Source of the DNA: Flavobacteriales bacterium
Lineage (GTDB): Bacteria > Bacteroidota > Bacteroidia > Flavobacteriales > Weeksellaceae
Assembly: GCA_020635515.1 (NCBI GenBank)
Contig: JACJZS010000002.1
Location: forward strand, 1,162,273 to 1,226,272
Length of the DNA: 64,000 nucleotides
Direction: 5' to 3'
Under the pieces are notes generated by a model. It made no database searches. It saw only the letters and a program-made list of their open reading frames with translations, and was not told the origin of the DNA. Shown here piece by piece: positions 1 through 10,382 of this stretch. The position numbers and the translations under genes were made by a program. Position 1 is the first letter of the stretch, and each line of letters begins with the position of its first letter.

Positions 1-1
1 T

Positions 2-499
2 CGTCATATTCCCAAACTACTAGAAAATAAAAACAATGGATATTATGCCACCGATTACAATAAAAAAACGATAGAATGGAATCAAAAAAATATTCCAAAA
101 GTTTCGTTTAATCTCAATACGTTAGATGCAAAGCTACCTTACGAAGATAACTTTTTTGATTTCATTTATGGGATTTCTATTTTTACACATCTATCTGAAA
201 AAAAACACGAAGAATGGTTTGCGGAATTATACAGAGTTTTAAAACCTAAAGGAATCTTATTATTGACTACACAAGGGGAAAATTTCATTTCAAAATTATC
301 TCTTTCAGAAGTAGAGGCTTTTCGCGGAGGAAGTCTTGTTGTGCGAGGAAATGTAACACAGGGACATAGAACGTATTCTGCTTTTCAACCCAAATCTTAT
401 CTAGAAAATCTTTTTCAACCAATGGAAATCGTACAACATAGCGAGCCTCAAATCCAAGGAAATTACATTCCTCAAGACATTTGGATTGTTCGAAAATAA
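2..499 (+). CDS. Class I SAM-dependent methyltransferase, C-terminal fragment; the 5' end lies outside the window
   Basis: Frame 2 is open from position 2 to the stop at 499. The translation (...FIYGISIFTHLSEKKHEEWFAELYRVLKPKGILLLTTQGENF...) resembles the post-motif-II/III region of Rossmann-fold methyltransferases. The ORF track shows only the M-initiated tail, 263..499. Confidence 0.45.
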   Translation, partial: RHIPKLLENKNNGYYATDYNKKTIEWNQKNIPKVSFNLNTLDAKLPYEDNFFDFIYGISIFTHLSEKKHEEWFAELYRVLKPKGILLLTTQGENFISKLSLSEVEAFRGGSLVVRGNVTQGHRTYSAFQPKSYLENLFQPMEIVQHSEPQIQGNYIPQDIWIVRK

Positions 500-526
500 T
501 TTAAAAATGTAAGAGTAAAAAATGCT

Positions 527-784
527 TTATTTGGTTTCTTTATTGCTAACAATTACGGTAGCGAAATAAGGAATAATAAAGAAAACCCAAACTCCAATTT
601 TCCAAACAGCAAGCACTTCCAACCAATACATTTCAAAAGATGGTTTAGAAATATTCATGAAATAGCTAAAAACACTATAGAGACTATTATTAAAAAATAA
701 GTAAATAATTCCTATTAAAAATAATAATGCGAAGTTGATTACAGAGCACCAACCTAATAATGCTCTAATTTGTTTTAGATTCAT
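527..784 (-). CDS. Small hydrophobic membrane protein, hypothetical
   Basis: 85-aa ORF with two or three predicted TM helices. No recognisable family. Confidence 0.3.
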   Translation of the reverse strand: MNLKQIRALLGWCSVINFALLFLIGIIYLFFNNSLYSVFSYFMNISKPSFEMYWLEVLAVWKIGVWVFFIIPYFATVIVSNKETK

Positions 785-786
785 GG

Positions 787-1212
787 TTAATTCTTTTTTT
801 GACTTACAAATTCAAGTGCTTTATCAATCTGAGAAACATCAAAGTAACGCTCTTCAAAACCTTTTTTTAGTCGTTCAAAGAAAAAAGCGTCTAACGGAAC
901 TAGAGCTTTTAGTATTTTAGAGTGAGCAACAATGGCGATATTTCCCATGTTTTTATAGTTTCGTAACGTCCAAATTATATCTTCCATAAAAGCTTTTGTA
1001 CTGCTTTGATTCAATTTTAATTCATCTAATTTTATAAGTACATTTACATATTCAAACCCTTCATCTATTTTTTGCTTGAAGAAAGTCTGAGCGAGCTTTT
1101 CATCGGTTTCTGTAAAACTACCTATTACTTCAATTGCTAAGGTATTTTCGTTAAATGTTTTGATTTTTTCTATCATTCTATTTTGATTAAACTGCTTTAT
1201 AAATATACACAT
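787..1212 (-). CDS. STAS/SpoIIAA-like (DUF4180-like) small cytoplasmic protein, hypothetical
   Basis: 141-aa ORF. An alternative start at MIEKIK (about 1176) is more typical for this kind of protein. Family assignment is from overall pattern only. Confidence 0.35.
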   Translation of the reverse strand: MCIFIKQFNQNRMIEKIKTFNENTLAIEVIGSFTETDEKLAQTFFKQKIDEGFEYVNVLIKLDELKLNQSSTKAFMEDIIWTLRNYKNMGNIAIVAHSKILKALVPLDAFFFERLKKGFEERYFDVSQIDKALEFVSQKKN

Positions 1213-1326
1213 TTGGATTAGAATATTGAGATAGTATGCAAAATAATATTTATTTTTAAATGGAGTTTTTTAAAAGGAATTCAATTTTTTATCTTTTATT
1301 TGTATTGATAAAATTAGATAGTTTCT

Positions 1327-2196
1327 ATGAAAGTAAAAGTAGGTTTAATTCAAATGAGTTGCGTAGAAAATAAGCAACAAAACATAGATAAATCAGTAGA
1401 GAAAATCAGAGAGATCGCAAAGCAAGGAGCTCAAATTATTTGTTTACAAGAACTTTTCTCTAGTTTATACTTTTGTGATGTAGAAGATTATGAGAATTTT
1501 TCTTTGGCAGAGTCAATCCCAGGGAAAACAACAGAGCTTTTTGAGCAGTTAGCTAAGGAGTTAGGAGTTGTAATTGTAGCATCTTTATTCGAAAAAAGAA
1601 CACACGGAATTTATCATAATACCACTGCTGTAATAGATGCAGATGGTTCTTACTTAGGAAAATACAGAAAAATGCACATTCCCGATGATCCAGCATTTTA
1701 TGAGAAATTTTATTTTACACCAGGAGATTTAGGATATAAGGTTTTTGAAACTAAGTATGCAAAAATAGGCGTTTTAATTTGTTGGGATCAGTGGTATCCA
1801 GAAGCATCTAGAATTACAGCGTTAAAAGGAGCGGAAATTTTATTCTATCCTACGGCAATTGGTTGGGATACTTCTCAAGATGAATCAACGAATAAAGAGC
1901 AGTACAATGCTTGGCAAACGATTCAGAAAAGTCATTCTGTAGCAAATGGAGTTCCTGTTGTTTCGGTTAATCGAGTAGGATATGAGCAAGATGGAAAAAT
2001 GAAATTTTGGGGAGGAAGTTTTGTGACAAACTCTTTTGGTTCTGTTTTGTACCAAGCATCACACGACAAAGAAGAAAATATTGTACAAGAATTAGATTTA
2101 AACGAGATTAATGAGAAACGAATTCATTGGCCTTTTTTACGAGATAGAAGAATTGATTCGTACAATGAAATTAATCAACGGTTTATTGAGGAATAA
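1327..2196 (+). CDS. Carbon-nitrogen hydrolase (nitrilase superfamily), N-carbamoylputrescine amidase-like
   Basis: 289 aa. Starts MKVKVGLIQMS... with a conserved Glu region (CLQELF), a Lys region (KYRKMHIP) and the Cys nucleophile context (VLICWDQWYPE). These are typical CN-hydrolase catalytic triad neighbourhoods. Confidence 0.8.
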   Translation: MKVKVGLIQMSCVENKQQNIDKSVEKIREIAKQGAQIICLQELFSSLYFCDVEDYENFSLAESIPGKTTELFEQLAKELGVVIVASLFEKRTHGIYHNTTAVIDADGSYLGKYRKMHIPDDPAFYEKFYFTPGDLGYKVFETKYAKIGVLICWDQWYPEASRITALKGAEILFYPTAIGWDTSQDESTNKEQYNAWQTIQKSHSVANGVPVVSVNRVGYEQDGKMKFWGGSFVTNSFGSVLYQASHDKEENIVQELDLNEINEKRIHWPFLRDRRIDSYNEINQRFIEE

Positions 2197-3346
2197 TTTT
2201 TTTTAGCTTCAGAGCAATTATTTTTCCACAAGATTGAGTAAATAAATAAAAATTCTCTCCTCCGTCTTTTATTTTGTATTTGTTTTTGATTTGTTTTGCA
2301 TCAAGAGGATAGTTTTTAGAAATAATATTTGCCTGTGTTTTTTTGATGTTTTTTAAAACTAAATTACCTACTATTTCATAAGAATTTCCAGGGAAATTAA
2401 TTAATTTGTTTGAAGTGTAGATATGCGAGTTTAGGTCTAATTTTTCTAGGTTTAATTGAAAAGACAAGGATTTAAAACCATTAGATTTCATAATCGCAAC
2501 ATTGGGAATGTAGATGTATTTTTTAGGATTAGAAAGTTTAATTCCAAGTTCTTTCTCATCAAGATAAGAGAAAGAAACTATTTTTTGATTTGTTTCGAGA
2601 TTTACACAATGAATTGTTGGATTTTTATGCAAGTTTTTGTCTAAAATTAGCAAAACTTCTTTAAGTTCATTTTTGTGAGCAATTAAGTAGAGCGTATGAA
2701 TATTTGGGATTTGTAAGATTAATTGATAAATATCTATAAGTGGAGAAAGTTTTATGACTATATTTTTTCCAAAATTTAAGAGTTTATCTTTAATTTCAAG
2801 TATGTTTGGTTGTAAATCTTCTAAAAGGACATTTTTTTTATTGTTTTTACTTCTTCTATCTGGGTCTAAGTAGATAAGGTCAAATTTTTGGTTGTTTATT
2901 TCTAGGAATTCTTCGGAAGTACTATTTATGAATTGAGTTTGATTTTTGAGTACAGCAAAATTATGTTTTACGATTTCCAGTAATTCCAAATTAGGTTCTA
3001 CAGCAAAATAATCAGTAAAGTTTCTAGAGATAAAGTATGCATCTATGCCAGATCCACAACTTAAATCAATTCCTGTTTTTCCACTGAAAAGTGAGGATTT
3101 GAATTCTGCAACTATTTGTGAACTTGATTGTTCAAGATTTAGGTGTGGCGGAAAGATAATTTGATTGTGTGATAGTAAGAAAGGGATTTTTTTAGAAGCA
3201 ATTTTTTTTCCTTGCAGTTGAGTAGTCAGCTCAAAAGAAGAAACAGTAGAAAAAGGAGATTTTTGTAATGCAAACTTAGGAATATTTGCATTTATATTGT
3301 CCGTAAGGTAGTTTTGAACATCTTCGTTAAGTAGGTCTTTATTCAA
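2183..3346 (-). CDS. Class I SAM-dependent methyltransferase, probably RNA-modifying
   Basis: 387 aa. Carries a SAM-binding motif I (IDLSCGSGIDAYF) and a post-motif II (IYLDPDRR), resembling RsmD/THUMP-associated methyltransferases. The 3' end overlaps the upstream hydrolase by 14 bp on the opposite strand. Confidence 0.6.
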   Translation of the reverse strand: MNKDLLNEDVQNYLTDNINANIPKFALQKSPFSTVSSFELTTQLQGKKIASKKIPFLLSHNQIIFPPHLNLEQSSSQIVAEFKSSLFSGKTGIDLSCGSGIDAYFISRNFTDYFAVEPNLELLEIVKHNFAVLKNQTQFINSTSEEFLEINNQKFDLIYLDPDRRSKNNKKNVLLEDLQPNILEIKDKLLNFGKNIVIKLSPLIDIYQLILQIPNIHTLYLIAHKNELKEVLLILDKNLHKNPTIHCVNLETNQKIVSFSYLDEKELGIKLSNPKKYIYIPNVAIMKSNGFKSLSFQLNLEKLDLNSHIYTSNKLINFPGNSYEIVGNLVLKNIKKTQANIISKNYPLDAKQIKNKYKIKDGGENFYLFTQSCGKIIALKLKKIIPQ

Positions 3347-3702
3347 TTTTGTTTTTTTAAGGAATCTTGTTCATAAGTAACTATGATTATATCTTCGTTA
3401 TCTTTTTTCATAAAGTAATTTTCGCGTGCATATCTTTCGCGTGCTTCCTTGTCGTTTTTTAGACTTGTATATTTGGTTTCACTTTCTTCAATTTTCTTTT
3501 CTAGTGCATTCTTTTCTGATTGGTACTTGTTTATTTGTTTTTGTAAATCGTAGTGAGTTAGGATTGAATTTGTGTCAAAAAAAATCATCCATACAAGGAA
3601 CAAGAAACTAATCAAGAAGTACTTGTGCCAAAATAGTTTTTTTAGTAACACTTGTATTAGTTTGCTGTTAGATGTTTTATTTTCAGTATTATCTTGATTC
3701 AT
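3343..3702 (-). CDS. Septum formation initiator family protein (FtsB/DivIC-like)
   Basis: 119 aa with an N-terminal TM helix followed by a coiled coil (QINKYQSEKNALEKKIEESE...). Its 4-bp overlaps with the neighbouring genes suggest an operon. Confidence 0.55.
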   Translation of the reverse strand: MNQDNTENKTSNSKLIQVLLKKLFWHKYFLISFLFLVWMIFFDTNSILTHYDLQKQINKYQSEKNALEKKIEESETKYTSLKNDKEARERYARENYFMKKDNEDIIIVTYEQDSLKKQN

Positions 3703-4321
3703 TTTGTGTGTTTAGACGATTTTGAATAAAATTGGTAAGAATTTCTATAGAAGCTGGATTTCTTTTCATATTTGGGATTATGATGTCGGCGTATTTTTTT
3801 GAAGGCTCTATAAATTGTTCATGCATTGGTTTTAGTGTAGTTTGGTATCGAGATAGAACTTCCTCTAATGTTCTGTTTCGTTCTTTTATATCTCTTCTGA
3901 TTCTCCTTATCAATCTTTCATCATCATCAGTAGAAATGAAAACTTTTATATCTAATTCGTTTAGTAGTTCTAAGTTGGAAAAAATTAGTATTCCTTCAAC
4001 AAGTATTATTTTTTTAGGTTTAATGAGAGTAGTTTCTTGTTCTCGATTATGTTTTGCAAAGGAATATATTGGTTGATGTATTGTATTTCCTTTTTTTAAC
4101 TCTTTTATTTGATAGATTAATAAATCAAAATCAATGGAATTTGGGTGGTCGTAATTTAGTTTTTCTCTATCCTCAAAGGAAATAGAAGAATTATCTTTAT
4201 AGTAATTATCTTGCGTAAGAATTGTAATATTTTCTTTACCGATGATTCGCATGATTTCATCAACAACGGTGGTTTTTCCTGAACCTGTTCCTCCAGCAAT
4301 TCCAATAACTAGCATAACCAA
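3689..4321 (-). CDS. udk: Uridine kinase
   Basis: P-loop IGIAGGTGSGKTT at the N-terminus, then the typical Udk pattern (QDNYYKD..., DHPNSIDFDLL, LVEGIL). Confidence 0.9.
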   Translation of the reverse strand: MVMLVIGIAGGTGSGKTTVVDEIMRIIGKENITILTQDNYYKDNSSISFEDREKLNYDHPNSIDFDLLIYQIKELKKGNTIHQPIYSFAKHNREQETTLIKPKKIILVEGILIFSNLELLNELDIKVFISTDDDERLIRRIRRDIKERNRTLEEVLSRYQTTLKPMHEQFIEPSKKYADIIIPNMKRNPASIEILTNFIQNRLNTQNESR

Positions 4322-4408
4322 TCTGTTTTCACAAAAGTAATTAGAAAAAACGAAAAAATGAAAACCTAGTTTATGTAGTTTTAAAAGAAGTAATTTTATC
4401 TTTGCGAT

Positions 4409-5347
4409 ATGAAATTTCCAAGACCATATACATTAAAAGAAATATCCAATAGTATTGGTAGGCAATATGTTGGTGATGATGATTTCCTAATTGAAGGAAT
4501 AAATGAAATTCATAGAGTGCAAAAAGGAGAGATTGTTTTTGTGGATCATCCGAAATATTACGACAAAGCACTCAATAGTAATGCAAGTATTATACTTATA
4601 GACAAAATTGTAGATTGTCCTGAAGATAAATGCCTTATCATTTCAGAAGATCCATTTTCAGATTTTAATAAAATAACTTCTTTTTTTCGTCCATTTCTGC
4701 CTGCTAATACATCGATTTCGGATTCTGCAGAGATAGGAGAAGGAACTACGATTCAACCGAATGCATTTATAGGAAACAATGTAAAAATAGGAGAAAACTG
4801 TATTATCCATTCCAATGTTTCTATATATGATAATTGTGAAATAGGAAACAACGTAATCATTCATTCGGGAACAGTACTAGGTGGAGATGGATTTTATTAT
4901 AAAACACGAAAAGAGAAATATGACAAGTTTCATTCTGTTGGGAATGTGATAGTGGAAGATGATGTAGAAATTGGTTGTAATTGTACTATAGATAGAGGAG
5001 TTACGGATTCTACGATTATAGGGAAAGGAAGTAAATTAGATAATTTAATTCAAATAGGACACGAGGTAATTATAGGTGAAAAGTGTTTAATTGCCTCTCA
5101 AGTAGGAATTGCAGGTTGTGTAACTGTAGAAGATAACGTAACTATATGGGGACAAGTAGGAATTCGTTCTGATATAAAAATTGAGAAAAATGCAGTGGTT
5201 TTAGCACAAGCGGGAGTTTCCAAAGATTTAAAAGGCGGTGTTGTTTATTGGGGAACTCCAGCAGAGCCTGTAAGGGAACATAACAAGAAACTTATTCTTC
5301 TTAAAAACTTACCGAAACTCATCGAGGAAATAAAAAATAAATTCTAA
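4409..5347 (+). CDS. lpxD: UDP-3-O-(3-hydroxyacyl)glucosamine N-acyltransferase
   Basis: 312 aa. Hexapeptide-repeat left-handed beta-helix (many IGxN/VxIG repeats) with an LpxD-type N-terminal domain ([12 protein letters not shown]...). Confidence 0.8.
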   Translation: MKFPRPYTLKEISNSIGRQYVGDDDFLIEGINEIHRVQKGEIVFVDHPKYYDKALNSNASIILIDKIVDCPEDKCLIISEDPFSDFNKITSFFRPFLPANTSISDSAEIGEGTTIQPNAFIGNNVKIGENCIIHSNVSIYDNCEIGNNVIIHSGTVLGGDGFYYKTRKEKYDKFHSVGNVIVEDDVEIGCNCTIDRGVTDSTIIGKGSKLDNLIQIGHEVIIGEKCLIASQVGIAGCVTVEDNVTIWGQVGIRSDIKIEKNAVVLAQAGVSKDLKGGVVYWGTPAEPVREHNKKLILLKNLPKLIEEIKNKF

Positions 5348-5369
5348 ATTTGCACCAAAACATAAATAT

Positions 5370-6239
5370 ATGTCTGTATTAGTAAACAAAGATTCAAAAA
5401 TAATAGTACAAGGATTTACAGGAACTGAAGGAACTTTCCATGCAGAACAAATGATAGCATACGGCACTCAAGTAGTAGGAGGAGTTACGCCAGGAAAAGG
5501 TGGTACAGAGCATTTAGGTAAACCCGTTTTTAATACAGTTAGTGATGCTGTACAGCAGACAAGTGCAGATGTAAGTATTATATTTGTTCCTGCGGCATTT
5601 GCTCCTGATGCAGTAATGGAAGCTGCCGATGCGGGGATTAAAGTAATCGTATGTATTACAGAAGGAATTCCTGTAGGAGATATGGTAAAAGTAAAGGAAT
5701 ACATTAAAGATAAAGACTGTACGCTTATCGGTCCAAATTGTCCTGGAGTTATAACTTCTGATGAAGCAAAAGTAGGTATTATGCCAGGTTTTGTATTCAA
5801 AAAAGGACGAGTAGGTATAGTTTCTAAATCAGGAACACTTACTTATGAAGCGGCAGATCAAGTGGTAAAAGCAGGATTTGGAATTTCTACGGCAATAGGT
5901 ATTGGAGGAGATCCAATTATTGGAACAACTACAAAAGAAGCCTTAGAATTATTCATGAATGACTCTGAGACGGATTGTGTGGTAATGATAGGGGAAATAG
6001 GAGGTCAGTTAGAAGCTGAAGCAGCAAACTGGTACGATAGTATTGGTAGACCAAAACCAGTAGTTGGATTCATAGCAGGGCAAACGGCACCTAAAGGTAG
6101 GACTATGGGGCACGCAGGAGCTATTGTAGGCGGAAAAGATGATACCGCACAGGCAAAAATGGAAATCATGGCTTCTTGTGGAATCCACGTAGTTGATTCG
6201 CCAGCAGAGATTGGAGATACGGTTAAAAAGATATTATAA
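5370..6239 (+). CDS. sucD: Succinate--CoA ligase [ADP-forming] subunit alpha
   Basis: 289 aa. Highly conserved SucD sequence: [12 protein letters not shown], the CoA-binding fold, and the phospho-His region (TMGHAGAIV). Confidence 0.95.
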   Translation: MSVLVNKDSKIIVQGFTGTEGTFHAEQMIAYGTQVVGGVTPGKGGTEHLGKPVFNTVSDAVQQTSADVSIIFVPAAFAPDAVMEAADAGIKVIVCITEGIPVGDMVKVKEYIKDKDCTLIGPNCPGVITSDEAKVGIMPGFVFKKGRVGIVSKSGTLTYEAADQVVKAGFGISTAIGIGGDPIIGTTTKEALELFMNDSETDCVVMIGEIGGQLEAEAANWYDSIGRPKPVVGFIAGQTAPKGRTMGHAGAIVGGKDDTAQAKMEIMASCGIHVVDSPAEIGDTVKKIL

Positions 6240-6262
6240 AAGGATTAAAAAAAGATAAAACT

Positions 6263-6856
6263 ATGAAAATTAAGTTCGCAACGATTTTGTTTATTGTTGC
6301 TGTTGGTTTCTCGTATTCACAATTAAGATTTGGAGTAAAAGGAGGAGTTCAAAGAACAGCATTAAAAGATATTAATAATCCATCTGAAAAAAGAGATTCT
6401 TTTCATGCTGGTATTTTTGGATTGTACAACCTTAGTTCTGATGATCAGTTCTATATACAGTTAGAGGCACTTTATTTTAACCATGGAGAGAAAAGTCCAC
6501 CATACAAATCATATTTAACCTATATTGCTGTTCCTGTTCTTTTTAAAACATACTTTTCCGAAGCTGAAAGTGAATTCTTTTTAGAAGTAGGTCCTCAGTT
6601 TGCATACGAGATAGGAAAAGATAATACATTGCCAAAGGATAGACAATACATTTATGGAGAAGGCGATGTAACAAAAACGGAGAAATTAGATATTTCGGCT
6701 GCCATAGGTTTTGGGTATAGTTACCAAAGAAATTGGGAATTAGGAGTTAGATACAATCACGGATTTACGGATTTGTTTCCTGATTATGAATCAGCTGTAA
6801 AGAAAAAGAATATTGGTTCTGCATTATCTTTGTATCTGAATTACATATTTGACTAA
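6263..6856 (+). CDS. Outer-membrane beta-barrel protein (porin/OmpA-like barrel family)
   Basis: Signal peptide, then alternating amphipathic beta-strands, ending in a C-terminal aromatic (YLNYIFD). Confidence 0.55.
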   Translation: MKIKFATILFIVAVGFSYSQLRFGVKGGVQRTALKDINNPSEKRDSFHAGIFGLYNLSSDDQFYIQLEALYFNHGEKSPPYKSYLTYIAVPVLFKTYFSEAESEFFLEVGPQFAYEIGKDNTLPKDRQYIYGEGDVTKTEKLDISAAIGFGYSYQRNWELGVRYNHGFTDLFPDYESAVKKKNIGSALSLYLNYIFD

Positions 6857-7626
6857 TGCCTTAAATTCTTACAAAGTTCGCTACATTTAGTAAGTAAATT
6901 ACCAATGATTTCGTAGTTGATGATTATTTCTTTGTAGTATATAGCACTTAGCGGTTTTATTTCATCTCTATTGGTAGATTTTAATAAATCTTTAAGTGCG
7001 TCTTCGTAAGCAATATTTATTTTCTCTTTTGTGATGTTGTATTCAGAGTTGGAAAAATCTCCCGAGTTTAAGTTTTGCGAGAACTCAGAACAAGATTGAT
7101 TGATTAATTCTTGTAGGTCAAAAATATGTTGTCGCAACCTTGGAGTCACATAAGAGTCTGATTTTCTTCTTTTAGAATGAATTCGAGAAGTTTTTACTAC
7201 GGTTTCTGCTATTATTTCTAAATGATTCGTTATAGCATATATTTTATTCATTGTAGCAAAGTGATGCTTTGAAAATAAACGAGCTCTATCTACAAAAATG
7301 ATTTGAGATAAGTTTTCTTTGTGTTCTGTAGTTACTTGTTTTATGTTTTTTATTCTTGTTGCAAGTTCGTGTATTTTAGAAGGATTGCTTTCGGTATTTA
7401 AGTCGCCAATTAAATTGATAATCTGTTTGATTGATGAGGTATATTGGCGAAGTAATATATAAGCTTGTTCTATATTTGACTTGGTTTTTTTTCTACATCT
7501 ATAACGCAAGAATAAGAACAATAGTAGAATGAAACCTACAACGATTACCACAGATGTATATATTATATGTGTACTATTTATTCCCATGTTTAAGGTACAA
7601 AAGTATAATAAATTGTGTAAATACAA
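6853..7626 (-). CDS. Membrane-anchored hypothetical protein
   Basis: 257 aa with one N-terminal TM helix followed by a helical domain. No confident family. Confidence 0.35.
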   Translation of the reverse strand: MYLHNLLYFCTLNMGINSTHIIYTSVVIVVGFILLLFLFLRYRCRKKTKSNIEQAYILLRQYTSSIKQIINLIGDLNTESNPSKIHELATRIKNIKQVTTEHKENLSQIIFVDRARLFSKHHFATMNKIYAITNHLEIIAETVVKTSRIHSKRRKSDSYVTPRLRQHIFDLQELINQSCSEFSQNLNSGDFSNSEYNITKEKINIAYEDALKDLLKSTNRDEIKPLSAIYYKEIIINYEIIGNLLTKCSELCKNLRH

Positions 7627-7648
7627 TGTTACCTATAAAGAACGAAAC

Positions 7649-8122
7649 TTAATGTAGATAACTTTTTGTTAATATAAAACCGAATTCATAAACCATTGCA
7701 GAATACGAAAAATCCTCATTATCAACAGGTTTCGGAATTAGATTAAAAGTTACAGCAATGTAAATTGCCAAACTAATTAGAATAAAACCTTTTAGAAAAC
7801 CCAATATAGCTCCAAAGAAGCGATTAGTGAAATTTAATCCAATATTTTTTAGTAATGATTCAAAAGCGGAAGTAAGAAATTTCACACATAGAATAATTAA
7901 AATTAAAAGGATAAGAAAACTAATAAAGTAAGACGTTTCTTCAGAAATTAAGTGACGCTCTATAAAGAAATTTCGAACAGGAATATGAAATAACTTTGTG
8001 CCGATAAAGGCAACAATCATAGAAAGAATCCAACTTATTTGTTTTATTAATCCTTTTGTATAGCCAAAGTAAACAAATAAAGAGGTAATTATAATTAATA
8101 TAAAGTCCATGTTTTCTTTCAT
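7649..8122 (-). CDS. cvpA: CvpA family membrane protein (colicin V production protein-like)
   Basis: Four-TM small protein of the CvpA size and pattern. An internal start at MDFILII (about 8110) is equally plausible. Confidence 0.65.
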   Translation of the reverse strand: MKENMDFILIIITSLFVYFGYTKGLIKQISWILSMIVAFIGTKLFHIPVRNFFIERHLISEETSYFISFLILLILIILCVKFLTSAFESLLKNIGLNFTNRFFGAILGFLKGFILISLAIYIAVTFNLIPKPVDNEDFSYSAMVYEFGFILTKSYLH

Positions 8123-8215
8123 CTGTCAAAGATAATAAAATAATATTTTTCGTTTTTAAATTTTGTGCTATATTGCATTAAGCAAAGCAAAAGAAGTATA
8201 TACACAAAAAAGTAA

Positions 8216-8737
8216 ATGAATTTAAAGATAAGTAAAGCAACAGAAAGTGATGCCGAGGTAATTGCGTTGTTAGGAAGAATTACATTTGATGATTCTATGG
8301 GGGATTTGTTTGTAGATAAAGAAGAACTGCTTAATTATTATGAAAAAGAGTTTTCTTTAGAAAAAACAGTATTAAGTATAAAAGATTCTAACAATATTTA
8401 TTGGATTGCACGTTATAATGGAGTTCCTGTTGGTTATTTAAAGTTAAAAATGGATTCAAAAATAGGATTCAGCACCTCTAAAAACATCTCAGAAATAAAT
8501 CGTGTTTTTGTTCTAAAAGATTACTTGAGCAAAGGTGTAGGGAATCAGCTTCATCAAGTACTGATGGAGGAAATAGAAAATATGTCAACGGAAGTTTTGT
8601 GGATTCGTATTTTGGAAGATAACGTTCCTGCACAGAATTTTTATACTAAGCAAGGTTTTCAAAAAAAAATCAACCAGCTGTATTCAGTAAGCAGGTATGA
8701 CTTAAAATTTGAAATCTTTTTGAAAGAAGTAAAATAA
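8216..8737 (+). CDS. GNAT family N-acetyltransferase
   Basis: 173 aa with an acetyl-CoA-binding motif (RVFVLKDYLSKGVGNQL). Confidence 0.7.
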   Translation: MNLKISKATESDAEVIALLGRITFDDSMGDLFVDKEELLNYYEKEFSLEKTVLSIKDSNNIYWIARYNGVPVGYLKLKMDSKIGFSTSKNISEINRVFVLKDYLSKGVGNQLHQVLMEEIENMSTEVLWIRILEDNVPAQNFYTKQGFQKKINQLYSVSRYDLKFEIFLKEVK

Positions 8738-8832
8738 AACACTGTTTTTTCGTATATTTGAGTTCGTCGAGTTAATCGTAAAAGAGTTTCTATGATAAAA
8801 ATCTATTCTTTATAAACTTTAAAATAAGATAA

Positions 8833-10371
8833 ATGAATATTCTTTGGATAGATGATGAAATAGAACTTCTAAAACCTCACTGTATTTTTTTAGAAAATAA
8901 AGGATACAAAGTTTCAACACTAAACAATGCCATAGATGCTTTTGATGTTATAGAAAATCAAAGTTTTTCTGCTGTACTGCTAGATGAAAATATGCCTGGA
9001 GTAGGAGGAATAGATGCATTAAAAAAAATAAAAGAAATTAGACCCAATCTTCCTGTGGTAATGATTACCAAGAATGAAGAAGAAGAAATTATGGAAGAAG
9101 CAATTGGCAGGCAAATTGCAGATTATATCCTAAAACCAGTAAACCCAAAGCAGATTTTACTTAGTTTAAAGAAAATTCTTTCTAGCGATAAAATAATCGA
9201 AGAAAAAACAGTAACGGATTACATGCAGGAATTTCGAGCTATTTCTACTGATTTAATGAATCTTAGAGATGAGAACGATTGGTTCAGTATCAATAAAAAG
9301 CTTATTTATTGGGATATTCGTTTAGAAAAATCCAAAGAGGAAAGCATGAATTCACTTTTAGAAGATCAAAAAAGTGAAGCAAATTCTTTGTTTTTTAAGT
9401 ATATAGAAAATGAGTATAAAGATTGGTTAAAATCAGAAGATGCACCTGTTTTGTCGCATACCGTTTTCAGAAAATGGGTTGCACCTGAAATTTCAAAAGA
9501 AAAAACATTACTTTTGGTAGTGGATAACTTACGTTTTGATCAGTGGACAACCATAGAACCATTATTCAAAAACCAATTTAATTCTATAGAAGAGCGAAGT
9601 TACTTTAGCATTCTGCCAAGTGCTACACAATATGCGAGAAATGCATTTTTCTCTGGAATGACACCTTTAGAAATGGAAAAGAAATTCCCTGAATATTGGC
9701 TTAACGACACAGACGAAGGGAATAAAAACCAATACGAAAAAGAGTATCTATCAGAACAATTAAAACGATTAGGATTAGGTCATAAAAAATCCAAATACAT
9801 CAAAATTCTGAATGTTGATTTTGAAAGAAAAATTTATGAAGATTACAATCAACTAAAAAAGAATGATTTTATAACTATTGTGTACAATTTTATAGATATT
9901 CTTTCCCATTCCAAAACAGATAATAAAATTGTAAGTGAGATGATTAGAGATGATCAAACGTTCCGTTCACTTACCAAAAATTGGTTTGAAAATTCATATA
10001 TTTTAAAATTAATTAATCAAGCAAAAGAAGACGGATTCAAGGTTATAATTACCACAGATCATGGAATGATTTACATTAAAAATCCTATAAAAGTAGTTGG
10101 AGACAAAGAAACATCTACCAACCTAAGATATAAATTAGGAAGAAGTTTAGCATACGATAAAAAGAATGTATTAGAAGCAAACAAACCAGAAGAGTTTATG
10201 CTTCCGAAGGTAAATATTACTTCTAAATATATTTTTGCCAAAGAGAATTATTTCTTTGCATATCCCAACAATTATCATCAGTTTGTTAATTATTACAAAG
10301 ATACCTACCAGCACGGAGGAGTTTCTATGCAGGAAATGATAATTCCTTTTGTTATTCTCCAAAATAAGTAA
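8833..10371 (+). CDS. porX: Response regulator receiver + PglZ domain protein, PorX-like T9SS regulator
   Basis: N-terminal CheY-like receiver (WIDDE... with a phospho-acceptor Asp in LLDENMPG). The following ~350-aa domain is an alkaline-phosphatase-like PglZ domain. The length of 512 aa matches PorX orthologues. Confidence 0.75.
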   Translation: MNILWIDDEIELLKPHCIFLENKGYKVSTLNNAIDAFDVIENQSFSAVLLDENMPGVGGIDALKKIKEIRPNLPVVMITKNEEEEIMEEAIGRQIADYILKPVNPKQILLSLKKILSSDKIIEEKTVTDYMQEFRAISTDLMNLRDENDWFSINKKLIYWDIRLEKSKEESMNSLLEDQKSEANSLFFKYIENEYKDWLKSEDAPVLSHTVFRKWVAPEISKEKTLLLVVDNLRFDQWTTIEPLFKNQFNSIEERSYFSILPSATQYARNAFFSGMTPLEMEKKFPEYWLNDTDEGNKNQYEKEYLSEQLKRLGLGHKKSKYIKILNVDFERKIYEDYNQLKKNDFITIVYNFIDILSHSKTDNKIVSEMIRDDQTFRSLTKNWFENSYILKLINQAKEDGFKVIITTDHGMIYIKNPIKVVGDKETSTNLRYKLGRSLAYDKKNVLEANKPEEFMLPKVNITSKYIFAKENYFFAYPNNYHQFVNYYKDTYQHGGVSMQEMIIPFVILQNK

Positions 10372-10382
10372 GATTTATAAAT

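Noticed and set aside
735-920. 61-aa plus ORF
   Set aside because: It overlaps two better-supported minus-strand ORFs. No features.
2456-2644. 62-aa plus ORF
   Set aside because: Antisense within the methyltransferase gene.
5468-5800. 110-aa minus-strand ORF inside sucD
   Set aside because: Antisense to a strongly conserved gene. Its Pro/Thr/Ser-rich translation is typical of a reverse-frame artefact.
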